The notes beneath the pieces were generated by a model, which made no database searches, was not told where the DNA came from, and was given only the letters and a program-made list of their open reading frames with translations. The position numbers and the translations under genes were made by a program. A stretch of DNA of 64,000 nt from Bilabrum cf. latius (Eukaryota): NCBI GenBank assembly GCA_965178125.1, contig OZ237759.1, positions 124,001 to 188,000 on the forward strand, in the 5' to 3' direction. Of the stretch, positions 12,898 to 24,294 are shown one piece after another. Every line of letters begins with the position of its first letter. Positions within the stretch are counted from its first letter, which is position 1.

Positions 12898-15800
12898 ATG
12901 TCGTCTATGGATATGCTATCAACTGATGTATCAAATGTGTGTTCCACGCACGGTAGTGATATCAAGGCTGTACAGGCTGCAGAGTCGGTGCAGAGCAAGG
13001 CTGTGGCAGCAGCTGCAACAGCTTCGAAATCTTCCTCCGGAGAAGGATCTGTGATGCAGGTGTGCCTTCGAGTCCGCCCCATGCTAAAAAAAGAGCTTGA
13101 TAAAGACTCTGAATGCCTAGAAGTGCAATCGTGAGCCCTCCCGTGAAGGTGCTGTCCTGTTCGTTTGTAGCCCTGGAACGGTCGGATCCGCGCTGCTTGG
13201 CGCTTCCCAGCAATTGAGCGACTTTGCTTTGAAGCACATGCGATCGTGGTTTTGAGTTCAAACATCTATTTTGTGCCAAATTCCTGCGTTGCACTAAAAT
13301 TTGTTTCGAATTTCACTTTTGCAGGGATGACACGGTCCGTCTGGTGCCTCCCGCCTCGAGCGCCGCTTCCAAGTCGCACGTGGCGCCCGAGACGTTCTCG
13401 TTTGACCGCGTTTTCCCCCCATCTGCGGGACAAAAGGACATGTTTGAGTCTCTCGTGGCTCCCCTGGTGCAGTCGGCGCTCTCTGGCCAGAACGGAGTGC
13501 TGTTCACGTACGGCTGCTCCAACTCGGGCAAGTCCTACACGGTGCTGGGCAGCAAGGAGAAGCCAGGCCTCGTGCCAAGGGCGGTGGGAGCGCTGGCCAG
13601 GGCCAGGAGCGGGCTGCAGATCGCGGTCCTGGAGCTGAGCAAAGAGGGCATGTGCGACCTGCAGGCCGAGCACTTGCTCGCGAGCACCAGGGCGAGCAAG
13701 GCGGCAGCAGGAGGAGCAGGAGCCAAGGCTCCTAGCCGCGCAATCCCAGGGGCGCGCAGATCTGCGTCTATGATCAAGTCCAAGGGAGGCAAGACTAAGG
13801 GCAAGGGAAAGGGTGCGCTCAGCGGTCTCATCAAGACATCCTCCGCCAGGACCCCCAAGGGGGGTGCCCCCAAGACCCCTGGGCAAGCGGGGGGCCACGA
13901 CCCCCCTACGCTCTACATCCGAGACGATGGCACCGGTCGCTCCGTGCAAGTGGAGGGCCTGACTTGGAGGGGCGTCAGCGGGGAGGCGGCGGCGGGCGAG
14001 CTGGTGCAGGCGGCGCTGGCCCGACGCGCGGTGGAGGCCACTGCGCTCAACTCGGCTTCTTCCCGCGGTCACACGGTGGTGATGGTGCGGGTACCCCGCG
14101 AGGGCAGCACGCCTGAGGAGCTGGCGGCGTGTGATGGGGAGGGCGAGGGGGAGGGGCTGCTGGTGCTGGTGGACATGGCCGGGGTGGAACGGAGCGGGAG
14201 GGTCGCAGGGGAGCGGCAGGCAGAGACCAGGTTCATACTGAGCTCGCTGACATCTCTTGTGAATGTGTTTCGCGCGATGCGGAGGGCCACACAACGCAAG
14301 GCCCGCGAGGCCGCTCGCTAGGAGAGGCAGCTTAAGCAAAATCAGCTTGAAGCATAGGCGACTCAGTCGGTGGGGGCCATGGCGGCGACTCTGCTCGGAG
14401 CGGAGGGCGATGAGGGCGAAACAGGCGAGTCGGTGGGAGCCTCCGCCGCCGCTTCCACCGTGGGGGCCGGCGGGGAGGAGGGGGAGGGGGAGGGTGAGGT
14501 GCCTGCCGGTCTGTCCGAGGACGGGCTGACGGCGGGCCGTGCCTCGATCTACTCGACGAGGAGCGGGGTGTCCATGGGCAGGGAGTCTATCATGTCCGCG
14601 GCGAGCAGCAGGTCAGGGGCCAGCGGGAGGGTCAGCTTCACGCTGGGCAGGTCCTCGCTGGGAGGCTCATCAGTGGCGAGCGTGCGGTCCTCCATCGGGG
14701 GAGCGTCTGCTGCCGGGGCCGTGGCCGGGCGGGGGCGCCGGAGCTCGAGCGCGGTGGTGGTGCCGTTCAGGGAGTCGATCCTCACGCGATTGCTGCAGCC
14801 CGCTCTGGAGGGGCGGGGGGGGCCGGGGTCCCGCGTGGTGCTTCTCATGACCGCGTATCCCGGAGGCTCGACCTTCGATGAGCAGCGGTCTGCCTTCAAG
14901 CAGGCCACCAGTGCGAGGGGGGCTCGAGTTGACCTGCGGACCTCGATCGGGTCTCGGGTAGCGGCAGCACTGGTCAAGAACCGCAAGCGGGCGGCAAAAG
15001 AGCGGGAGGAGGAGGAGGCAGAGGAGGAGGCAGAGGACGACAGCAAGGTCGAGGAGGGAGAGGGGCCGAAGACCCCGGGAGCCAGGGGGCGGGCCAAGGG
15101 CAAGGCATCCGGCCGCAAGACACGGGGCAAGACCCCCGCCACGAGCGGCCGCAAGACAAAGAGCAGACGTACGGAGGGCAAAGGCGCCTCCTCGCAGTCG
15201 GGCCGCAGCCCGGGCGCGGAGAGTGGTGATGACTGGGACAGCGAGGAAGACTGGCGCTCGGACGAGGAGGGGGACGGTGAGGGGGGCTTGTCCTCGGCGG
15301 TGCCTGGGGTAGCCAAGTTCCTGGCTCGCAGAAGGGGGTATGCTCCAGGGAAGACCCCGGCTGCCTACAAGCGGGCTCCCGGGGGCAAGCGCTCAACAGG
15401 GAAGCGGAGGCTCAAGTCATGCCTCAAGAGCAAGGGGAAGGTCAGGGCAAGCGCAAGGCGTGTGGGCGCGCAGGGCCGGGCCATGGTAGAGGAGGAGGCG
15501 GCACGGGTGCTGCAGTACGATGCAGCAGACGGGGCAGCCGGCACGAGGGCTTGGCCCGACCTTACTGACGAGGCACTGGGGCACGACGGCCTGCCCGATT
15601 TTGTCACCTCTGGACCCCGGCTGTGCAGCTCCGAGGGTCAGGAGCAGCATGCATTCGAGGAGGGTGCGAGCGGCGGGGAGCAGAAGGCGGCTGCGTGGGC
15701 GGCCTTCACTTCAGCGGCATTGATGGAGGGACTGCGGGCCGAGGGTGCCAGAAGGGCAGAGCGCGCTGAGAAGGAGAGTACGAGGCTGGCGGGTGAGCTG

Positions 15801-18266
15801 GAGGTCTCGCTGCAAGCGGCACAGCAGGCAAGAGACAAGTCGATTCGCCTGGAGAACGAGGTGAAGGAAGCCAAGGACAAGGCCGCTCGGCTGGCGGGTG
15901 AGCTGTCCGCGGCTCGCTCCGCCATGGAGCAGATCTCGAGCGGGGCAGCTGAGGCGGAGGGAGAGGCGCTGGGTGCTCTAGCACGGGCGGAGGCTCTGGT
16001 GGAGGACGCCAGGGAACAGGAGAAAAAGGCTAGGGAACAAGCAGAGGAGTCGCAGCAGAGTGCATGCGCGGCAGCAGCGGAGGCCAGGGAGCATGCGGAG
16101 GAAGTGGCCTAGCTGAAGCGGGAGCTGGCCGCCACCCGGGCAAGGGTTCTAACGCACAACGAGCAGGCAGCCCGCCAGGTGAACAAGGTCATTGCAGCGT
16201 CCGCCAAGGATGCTTGCAAGGCAATGAGGGCGCGCCGTAGGTTGCGTGCTAAGCTGCATGAGGCCGCAAGGGAGCATGAAGCAGCTCTGCAGCGGGTGTC
16301 CAGCACGGAGGAGCACGCCCGTCAGCTGCGGGCCCGACTGCGGGACTGCGAGGATGACCTTAGCCAGTTCGGTGACAGACTGCGGGAGCGGGGCTCCGAC
16401 GTGGTGCGGGCCACCCTGGCGAAGACAGCTGCTAAGAAGGAGCTGCAGGCCGTTCGGGATGAGCTGGAGGCCGCCACCAAGGAGCTTGAGGGGTGCAAGA
16501 GCGAGTTGCGGGCCAAGCAGGGCATCGTGTCGGACCTGCAGGGCGAGCTTGAGGGGTACAAGCTGCAGCTGAGCGAGGCCCGGGGCACCATCGAGTCCCA
16601 GGACAAGCAGCTGAGCGAGGCCCGGGGCACCATCGAGTCCCAGGACAAGCAGCTGAGCGAGGCCCGGGGCACCATCGAGTCCCAGGACAAGCAGCTGAGC
16701 GAGGCCCGGGGCACCATCGAGTGCCAGGACTAGCAGCTGAGCGAGGCCCGGGGCACCATCGAGTCCCAGGACAAGCAGCTGAGCGAGGCCCGGGGCACCA
16801 TCGAGTGCCAGGACAAGCAGCTGAGCGAGGCCCGGGGCACCATCGAGTGCCAGGACAAGCAGCTGAGCGAGGCCCGGGGCACCATCGAGTCCCAGGACAA
16901 GCAGCTGCAGCAGCTCCGGTCCCAGCTGCAGGTGGCCCAGCACGCCCTGGCAATGGGAAAGCAGGAGGCCCTCAGGGAACAGAAGCAGGCCAGTGCCCGC
17001 GAGAAAGGCATGCACGAGCAGCTGGTCGGGCTTAGAAAAGAGCTTGCCACGCTGCAGGCGAGGGCAGCTACGGTGGGACCCACCTTCGCGAGGCTCGGGG
17101 ACCGGCTTCGTGCCGCTGCCTGCGAGGCTCACAGGGCAGGTGAGAGGGCAAGCGCAGCCCAGTAGGACGCGCGGGAGTCCCGTGAGGCATCCGATAGGAG
17201 CGCCAGGTAGGCCGAGCTGGCCCGTCGGCAGGCGCAAAAGACCTCGAGAGGGTACCAGCGGGCGGCCGCCGCGCTGCGGGAGGCCGTGTCGGCCAGGGAA
17301 CAAGAGGCGCGGGCCTGGCGGGGAGCGGCCCTGGGCATGGCCAAGGAGGTGCGACAGGCCAGACAGGCGGCCGAGCAGAGCCAGCGGGCCGCCCTCGGGG
17401 GCGCGCAGGCGGCGGCATCGGCGCGCACTCGGGTGCAGGGCATGGTGGCTCGTGTGGGGCAGGGGCAAGAGGCTCTGCTCGAGGCGCTGGCGGGGTGCAC
17501 CGCAGGGATGATCAGGGCCAGGGAGGCTGTGGGGGCGGCAAGAGCGGCGGCGGAGAGCTCCAGTCGAGATGCACTGCACGCAGGTGCGGGCGCCAAGTGC
17601 GCAGAGAAGGCAGCGGCGGAGGCCCGGTCAGCGGCGGCGGGGCATGCCAGCGGTGCGGTTGACGCGCTCGCTGCCGCTGGCCGCATAGAGGCCAGATGCA
17701 TTGCGCTGCAGAGCATCGAGGAGACGACGGGGGTCGTCGGGCAGGCAAGCGTTGTACCCGATGGTGAGATTCGGCGGCAGAAGGAGAAAGAGTCGGGCGC
17801 TGTGTCCGTCCGTCTGTTCAAGCTGCAGCGGGAGGCAGCCGAGGCGAAGGAAGCCCTGGCGAGGCAGCGACAGGAGGCGCGAGCCGCGTGTCAGGAGCTG
17901 CAGGCCACGATGGAGAGGGAGGTGATGCGAGCGCAGGAGGAGGGGCGGGCGGCGCTGGAGCAGTCCAACAGGGCGCAGACCGACGTGATGAGGAGGGTCA
18001 ATGCAGAGCTGGGCAGGAGGGCGGCGCTGGTGAGGCAGCTGTCAGCCGCCCTGAAGAAGGCGGGGCTGAAGCCGGGCGCAGTTGCCGCTGTGTGCCCCGG
18101 TGCCGGTGCCGGTGCCGGTGGCAGAGCCAAGGCCAAGCCTGGGGCTCAAAGAGAGACGCATGATGGACTCGGAGCTGCGACGAAGGCAGATTAGGCTAGC
18201 GATGACGGCTTCAGGCCGGCCAAGCTGTCTCGGAGGCACGCGAAGATGGCAGCAAGGATGAAGTGA
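12898..18266 (+). CDS. Kinesin motor protein with a long coiled-coil stalk (possibly kinesin-6-like); intron ~13131-13325
   Basis: VCLRVRP, FSFDRVF, P-loop YGCSNSGKSYT, NSASSRGH, LVDMAGVER and VPFRESILTRLLQ. One frame runs through TAGs at 14319, 16110, 16731, 17163, 17208 and 18192 to TGA. Confidence 0.85.
16566..16901 (+). repeat. 42-bp coding tandem repeat, 8 copies (QLSEARGTIE[S/C]QDK)
   Basis: Near-identical CAGCTGAGCGAGGCCCGGGGCACCATCGAGT(C/G)CCAGGACAAG units; copy 4 ends in TAG instead of AAG. Confidence 0.95.
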
Positions 18267-18787
18267 GCCGGCGAAGGGATCAAGTGAATGAATCGGCCAC
18301 GTCCGGTTAGATCCGACAAGGGGCAGTGTGGGCTTGTGGAATGTGGAAATCAAGTAAGAGAACATGCTTGCAAAATCTATAATAATTTAGGTCCATGGAA
18401 CACTGTAGTGTGCGAGTGCCCGCAAGCCGCAAGCAACATTGCATGCAGCACCCACTGGCAGAGGCACTGGCACAGACCCTGGCACTGGTCACACGCTTGC
18501 CAACTCGCTGCTGCACCAGGTGGATTGCCACACCGGCAGTTTTGGTCTTCCACAGCAGCTACTAGCCCACTTGTCAGACTGTTGAACAGTCTCTGCAGTA
18601 GGCGAAGTAGCTTTAATAGAACTGGTGCATGCGTAGAGCGCTTCGAAGCTTTTCACGAAGACTCCGTAGCAAGTTTTCTGCACGATTCCCCAGATCATCG
18701 GATCAACTAGTTTCGCTCGAAGAAGGCGCTCAGTTGTCCAGAAAGCTCCCTGATACTTTCAATTTGTATATACGAAATAATTCTAGC

Positions 18788-20440
18788 ATGCCTTCAGCGA
18801 AAGGTGGTGGCAAGAAAGGCAAGAAGCAGGGTGGTGGCGGCGGCAAGAAAAAGCAAGTGAAGAAGGAGACGGGTCTCAGTATCTCTGTGAAGAAGAGCGA
18901 AGACTTTGCCCGCTGGTATTCTGAAGTGATTGTATGCAGCGAGATGATCGACTACTACAGCGTCGCCGGCTGCTACATTTTGCGCCCGTGGGCCTTCAAC
19001 ATTTGGGAGCACATTCAGGGATTCCTCGACGGCGAGATCAAGGCCCGTGGCGTGAAGAACTGCTACTTCCCCTTGTTCGTGACGCCGGAAGCCCTCGAGC
19101 AGGAGAAGGACCACATCGAGGACTTTGCCCCCGAGGTTGCCTGGGTGACCCGAAGCGGCGAGACGGATTTGGAGAAGCCGCTGGCAATCCGCCCCACCAG
19201 CGAGACCATCATGTATCCCGCCGTGAAGAAGTGGATCCGGTCCCACCGTGACCTGCCCATGCGCCTGAACCAGTGGACGAACGTGGTCCGCTGGGAGTTC
19301 AAGCACCCGACCCCCTTCTTGCGCACCCGCGAGTTCCTGTGGCAGGAGGGCCACTCTGCCTTCGCCACCCGAGCCGAGGCCGACGAGGAGGTGCTCGAGA
19401 TCCTGGACCTGTACGCGCGCGTGTACGAGGAACTGCTGGCCGTGCCCGTGATCAAGGGCCGCAAGAGCGAGAAGGAGAAGTTCGCCGGCGGGCACTACAC
19501 CACCACGGTCGAGGCGCTCATCCCCGCCACCGGGAGGGCCATCCAGGGGGCCACCAGCCACTGCCTGGGGCAGAACTTTGCCAAGATGTACGACATCCGT
19601 TTCTCGGACAAGGAGGGCAGCAAGCAGATGGTCTGGCAGAACTCGTGGGGCCTCACCACCCGCACCATCGGCGTCATGATCATGGTGCACGGAGATGACA
19701 AGGGACTGCGCCTGCCCCCCCGCATCGCCCCCGTGCAGGTGGTCATCGTGCCCATCAGCAAGTCGGACGACTCGGAAGAGGTCAAGAAGGCCGTGAGGGA
19801 GTCCGCATCGGCCGTGTACGACTCGCTGCGTGCCGCCGGGGTGCGCACAGAGCTGGACGACCGGACGGACCGGGCCCCCGGCTGGAAGTACAACCACTGG
19901 GAGCAGAAGGGGGTGCCCCTGCGGGTGGAGGTGGGGCCCAAGGACCTGGCCAAGAACAGCTGCATGGTGGTGCGGAGGGACGGCAGGGGTAAGCTGTCTG
20001 TGGGCGTGGACGGGGGACTCCCGGCCCGGCTGCAGGCACTCCTGGAGGAGGTGCAGTCCACGATGCTGGCGGAGGCGAGGGCCGAGCGCGACTCGAGGCT
20101 GACGGTGGTGACCAAGTGGGAGGACTTCGTGCCTGCGCTGGACGCGGGCAACCTTGTGCTGGCGCCGTGGTGCGAGGACGTGCGGTCCGAGGAGTGGGTC
20201 AAGGAGTAGACCAAGGCCACGGGGGTGGAGGAGGAGGCGCCGGGCACCGAAACAGAGGCGGACAAGGGGCCTGCCTCAGGGGCGGGCGCGGGGGACGCCC
20301 CTGCTGCCAAGCTCAGTGGGAGTGCCAAGACTCTGTGCATCCCCTTTGACCAGCCGCCCATGGCCAAGGGCATGAAGTGTTTCACGGGCTTCGAGGGGAA
20401 GGAGGCCACTGCGTGGACCCTGTGGGGCCGCAGCTACTGA
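18788..20440 (+). CDS. proS: Prolyl-tRNA synthetase (eukaryotic/archaeal type)
   Basis: [35 protein letters not shown] and [10 protein letters not shown]. The conserved C-terminus ([15 protein letters not shown]) lies beyond an in-frame TAG at 20207-20209. Confidence 0.95.
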
Positions 20441-20608
20441 GCCCGCTGGCAGAGGCATGCTAGCAGGGTAGAGTATGCCAGGGAATATATCTGGGTGGGG
20501 GGGGGGGGGGCGGGGTGCGACCATTGCAAGATTTGGTGTAAAATGATGTACAAATCGAATTCAATCCATTTGAGTCAGCTCTTCCTACTCTCATCTCGCC
20601 AGCATCGC

Positions 20609-21287
20609 TCAGCTCGCCCTGGCAGCGTTGGAAACGACAATCTCTAGGGCCTCCCTCAGCAGCGAGGTTGTCTCTTTGCTACACGAAAACAGCTCGTAGC
20701 CCCTGAGGGCCGCGGGCGGATCCACCCCCGGGCTGGGGTCGTCCCCCCTGACGTACGCAATCACGGCTACCTGTCGCTTGTCGAACCTTGTTTTGAGTGC
20801 TGGATTCTTGGTGGCTTGTGTGACGAACCAATCGTGCCAAAGAGCGATCTCAGCCTTGTGGCCTGCCTGTGTAGGGTCGTACATGAAGATGACGCCGCTG
20901 CATTTTTGCTGGATGGCCGGCCAGCACGCTTCATGTCTGCGACACTAGGAAGCGATGCCACGAAAGTTAACGTACTAAATAAGGGCATTGGTATGATCGT
21001 TTATTGTGGGCATAATGCGCAACAACTTACGCTTGGTCTCCCGATACGTCCCATACCTCTACCTTGCTCCCATTCATTTCAGTTTCCAATATTCTGCAGC
21101 CCGCAGTTGCTATGTACTTACTATCATCACACACTATGGAGTCCTTCTGGCCGCTCAAGAAATCACAAATTACAGATTTACCGACCTTTTTCGGGCCCAC
21201 GACAACCACTTTAATCTTGGAATCCAGGTCGTCTGCACGAGCACCGGCACCACCTCCAGCCGAAGTAGATCCAGACGCTGCTGCCAT
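20609..21287 (-). CDS. IFT22: Intraflagellar transport protein 22 (RABL5); intron ~20937-21030
   Basis: KVVVVGPKKVGKS, TAGCRILE, EVWDVSGDQA joined by a GTAAG..GCAG intron to HEACWPAIQQKCSGVIFMYD. Confidence 0.85.
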
Positions 21288-21526
21288 GTAGTCTTGTTGC
21301 GACAAAGGAGGCTATACTCGTTCAGGAAACTGATTGAATCTGATTTTTACGAACCGTTGCACTGGCTTGAACGTTCGTAAAAGGTTCGTCGGAAGAGGAG
21401 ATTGCGCGGCAATGAGACTACATTTTTGGAGTACTGAGGACACCGTAGTGGGTCAAAGCATCCAAATTTTTTACGTACTAGTATATACGGCGTCCTATTG
21501 GGTCAGTCGCGTTTTTACTAGCTAGA

Positions 21527-22045
21527 ATGTCGGTATGGACTCAAACATCATCCGGGGCCGCTGCTCCAGTGTTTGCCCCGGCTGCTGTGGGGAATGAGGG
21601 GGCAGGCAACATACTCGGGATGGTGACAGGCACATAGGAAAACCCATGCTGCTGCAGTCTCACGTACGAGCAGCGGTTCTACGGGTTTGCGGGGTGCTTC
21701 GGCTTGGGGCTCTTGCTCTCTTTCATCTCGCCCTTCACGATCCTGCATCCGGACCAATTCGCGATCACGTACTCGTTCGGAAACATTTTGGCAATGGGAT
21801 CGACAGCGTTCCTAATGGGACCTTGGAGGCAGATCAAGAACATGTTCGACCCAAGCAGGCTCATTGCAACATTGATTTACCTGGGCTTGCTGGTCGCAAC
21901 GCTGGTAGTGGCATTTACGATCGCTAACATACCTCTACTCCTCGTACTTATTGTGTTGTAGTTTTTGGCCCTCGTTTGGTACACGGCTTCGTACATTCCC
22001 GGCGGCCAAGCAGCATTGAAGTCGTGCGCCACATCCTGTTGCTGA
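21527..22045 (+). CDS. SFT2: SFT2/Got1-family vesicle transport protein
   Basis: LTYEQRFYGFAGC, FAITYSFGNIL..STAFLMGP..QIKNMF..RLIAT and VL(TAG)FLALVWYTASYIPGG; ends at TGA. Confidence 0.9.
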
Positions 22046-22320
22046 CTGAGCGCTGCTCCAGGCTGACTTGGGCTCAAGACACAGCAGACCGCGTCCAAAT
22101 ATGGAGAGGGCTAGCCTGCAACACTATTAATGGCGGGCGCATTCGTTGACAAAGTGCTGCACGGTTGGACTTGGCGTGCCTGGGAGGATGTGCATGACTG
22201 CGGCTGCGTCGCTCGGATCGATTATGATGAATACGCTTCAAGCAAGTTAGTTTCCATCTTATAGTACATTCACTGGCGCGTGCATACACATTACACACGA
22301 AAATACATATGGGACGGTCG

Positions 22321-23928
22321 TTATCTCCTGTCCACCGCCGGCAGCGCCGCGGCACCGTCCCCCATCCCCGCCCTCCAGACGCCCAGCCGTCGAGCCGCCT
22401 CGTGCAGGGCATCGTCCGACTTGCAGAAGGCAAAGCGGGCCGTGTTGGCGGCGTACCAGTCCGCGCTACTGGCCTCTTGAGCTCTCCCACCGTCCCCCGC
22501 GCCGTGTGCATGTGCACCACCCCCTGGTCCGCTGTAGAAAGGGCTCGGGGGGATGCACACGACGCCCGCCTCTCTCGCGATCCGGTGCGCAACGCGGTAG
22601 TCTCTCGAGCCCTCCTCTGCACCGCCGTGCGATGCCCCCTTCGATTCGTCCATCCGCAGCGCCGACGTGTCTGCCATGACGAAGAACCCAGCGGAGGGAA
22701 CGTAGGGCGAGAGACCGGCGGCAAGCAGCCCGTCCACAAGCACCTGGGCCTTGGACCGGAACATGGAAGACAGCCAACCGTAGTAGCTCTCATGCCCCTC
22801 GAAGGGGTCCCTGGCCCGCTCCAGGCAGCGGGCAGCCGCTACCTGCAGCGGAGTCGCCACGCAGAACTGCGACCACTGGTTCACCCCCGCCACTCTGGCC
22901 ACCAGGTCAGGCGCACCCGCCACCCACCCGATTTTGTGGCCCGTGCAGCTGAACGTCTTGCCGATGCTGCCCACCTCCAGGCAGCGATGCCTCACCTCGG
23001 GGATCGATCGGAGCCGTGGCAGAGGCGGGGTCGAAGTGCCGCTGGCGCTGGTGCTGGCAGCCCCCCCGGCTGCCCGGGCACCCTCCCCACTGGCAGGGGC
23101 AGGGTCCCGTCCCAAAGGTGCCCCCGCCCCCACCAAGGGGTCGAACCGGCAGTGCTCGTACACCGAGTCCAGCACCACAACGAGGCGGGGGTGCCGCAGC
23201 ACCAGGTCGGCCACTTTCTCCAGGTCCTCCTGGGAGAGAACAACACCCGTGGGGTTGTGCGGCGAGTTGAGCACGAGCACCCTGGTGCGGGGGCCCAGGG
23301 CCTCCTCGATGGCGGCCACGTCAAGCGAGTAGTGCTCCTCGGCGAGCAGCATTCGTGCGGGCTCGCCAGGGCCAGGGAGGGATGAACCTTCGCCAGATCC
23401 TGCCTGGGCAGCATATTTCGGCCGCATGGGTACTCGTTTCACGGCAGCACCCGCCAGCTCGGCCGCAGGCTGGTAGCAATCGTAGGCGGGATCGACCAAT
23501 ACGACCTCGTCATCGGGGGACACCAGGGCGCGCATCGCGGTGAATATAGCCCCAGTAGCCCCCACAGTAACGCAAATATCTGTCATTGGATCCAAGCTAT
23601 GCGTAGTCCCTGCCATTCCTGTGGCTGCATCGTCCTCTTCGGCTACTATTGAGACCAGGTCAGGGTGTCCCTATGCTCGACAGTATTGGTTGTGTCCGTC
23701 CATCGCAGCAGAAGCTACAGCTTCCTTTACGAATTCAGGAGATTCCCAATCTGGGAACCCTTGCCCCAGGTTGACAGCACCAAGATCATTGGCTAAGGGA
23801 GTAAATACGCTGAACACTGTTGGCTTCATGTGCTGCGCCACTACATCCCGTGCCGCATGCCCAGACGATGAACGGTGGATGCATCTGACAATTGAATTAT
23901 GAGCCAGCTACCGAATCTGCCGAATCAT
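22321..23928 (-). CDS. Class I PLP-dependent aminotransferase (kynurenine-oxoglutarate transaminase-like), possibly mitochondrial
   Basis: AVNLGQGFPDW, NQYCRA(TAG)GHP, VTVGA, LNSPHNPTG, SIGKTFSCTGHKIGW and RFAFCK; ends at TAA. Confidence 0.85.
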
Positions 23929-24294
23929 TCGAAACGTGTCTGCACTCTGCGGCCAAGAGGCGCTTCTGGCTCCGAGTCCACCAGGAGGGCATTGGTCGAA
24001 TGGTCGGCGCCGCGCCCAGGGAGCCATGACGGACCAATATTATTGTACGGTGGCAACACTCTGGGCATGCTAGTTGATACACGGGCGGCATGGGTACGTA
24101 GGGGGCGAACTGAGTGGCTAGTAGCGTGGTGAAACCGGCATCACACGTGACCCATGGGCCTTGTGCCATGTGCATGTCACGGTGTGACACTTGTAGCTGC
24201 GTGTGATACGGCAAGGTGCAGGTGGTGAACCGGTTACAAGGCAAAGCAGTTGCTTGGTGCACCGATACAAGCTCTTCTGCCACGCGCGCGCCGA

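Noticed and set aside
16731-16733. UAG=Lys (or pyrrolysine) suggested by the repeat copy
   Set aside because: It is a single-base variant, and conserved-Gln sites in SFT2, PIG-B and the viral protease point to Gln.
20493-20517. G-run between the convergent ProRS and IFT22 genes as a G-quadruplex terminator
   Set aside because: A single homopolymer of uncertain length with no other support.
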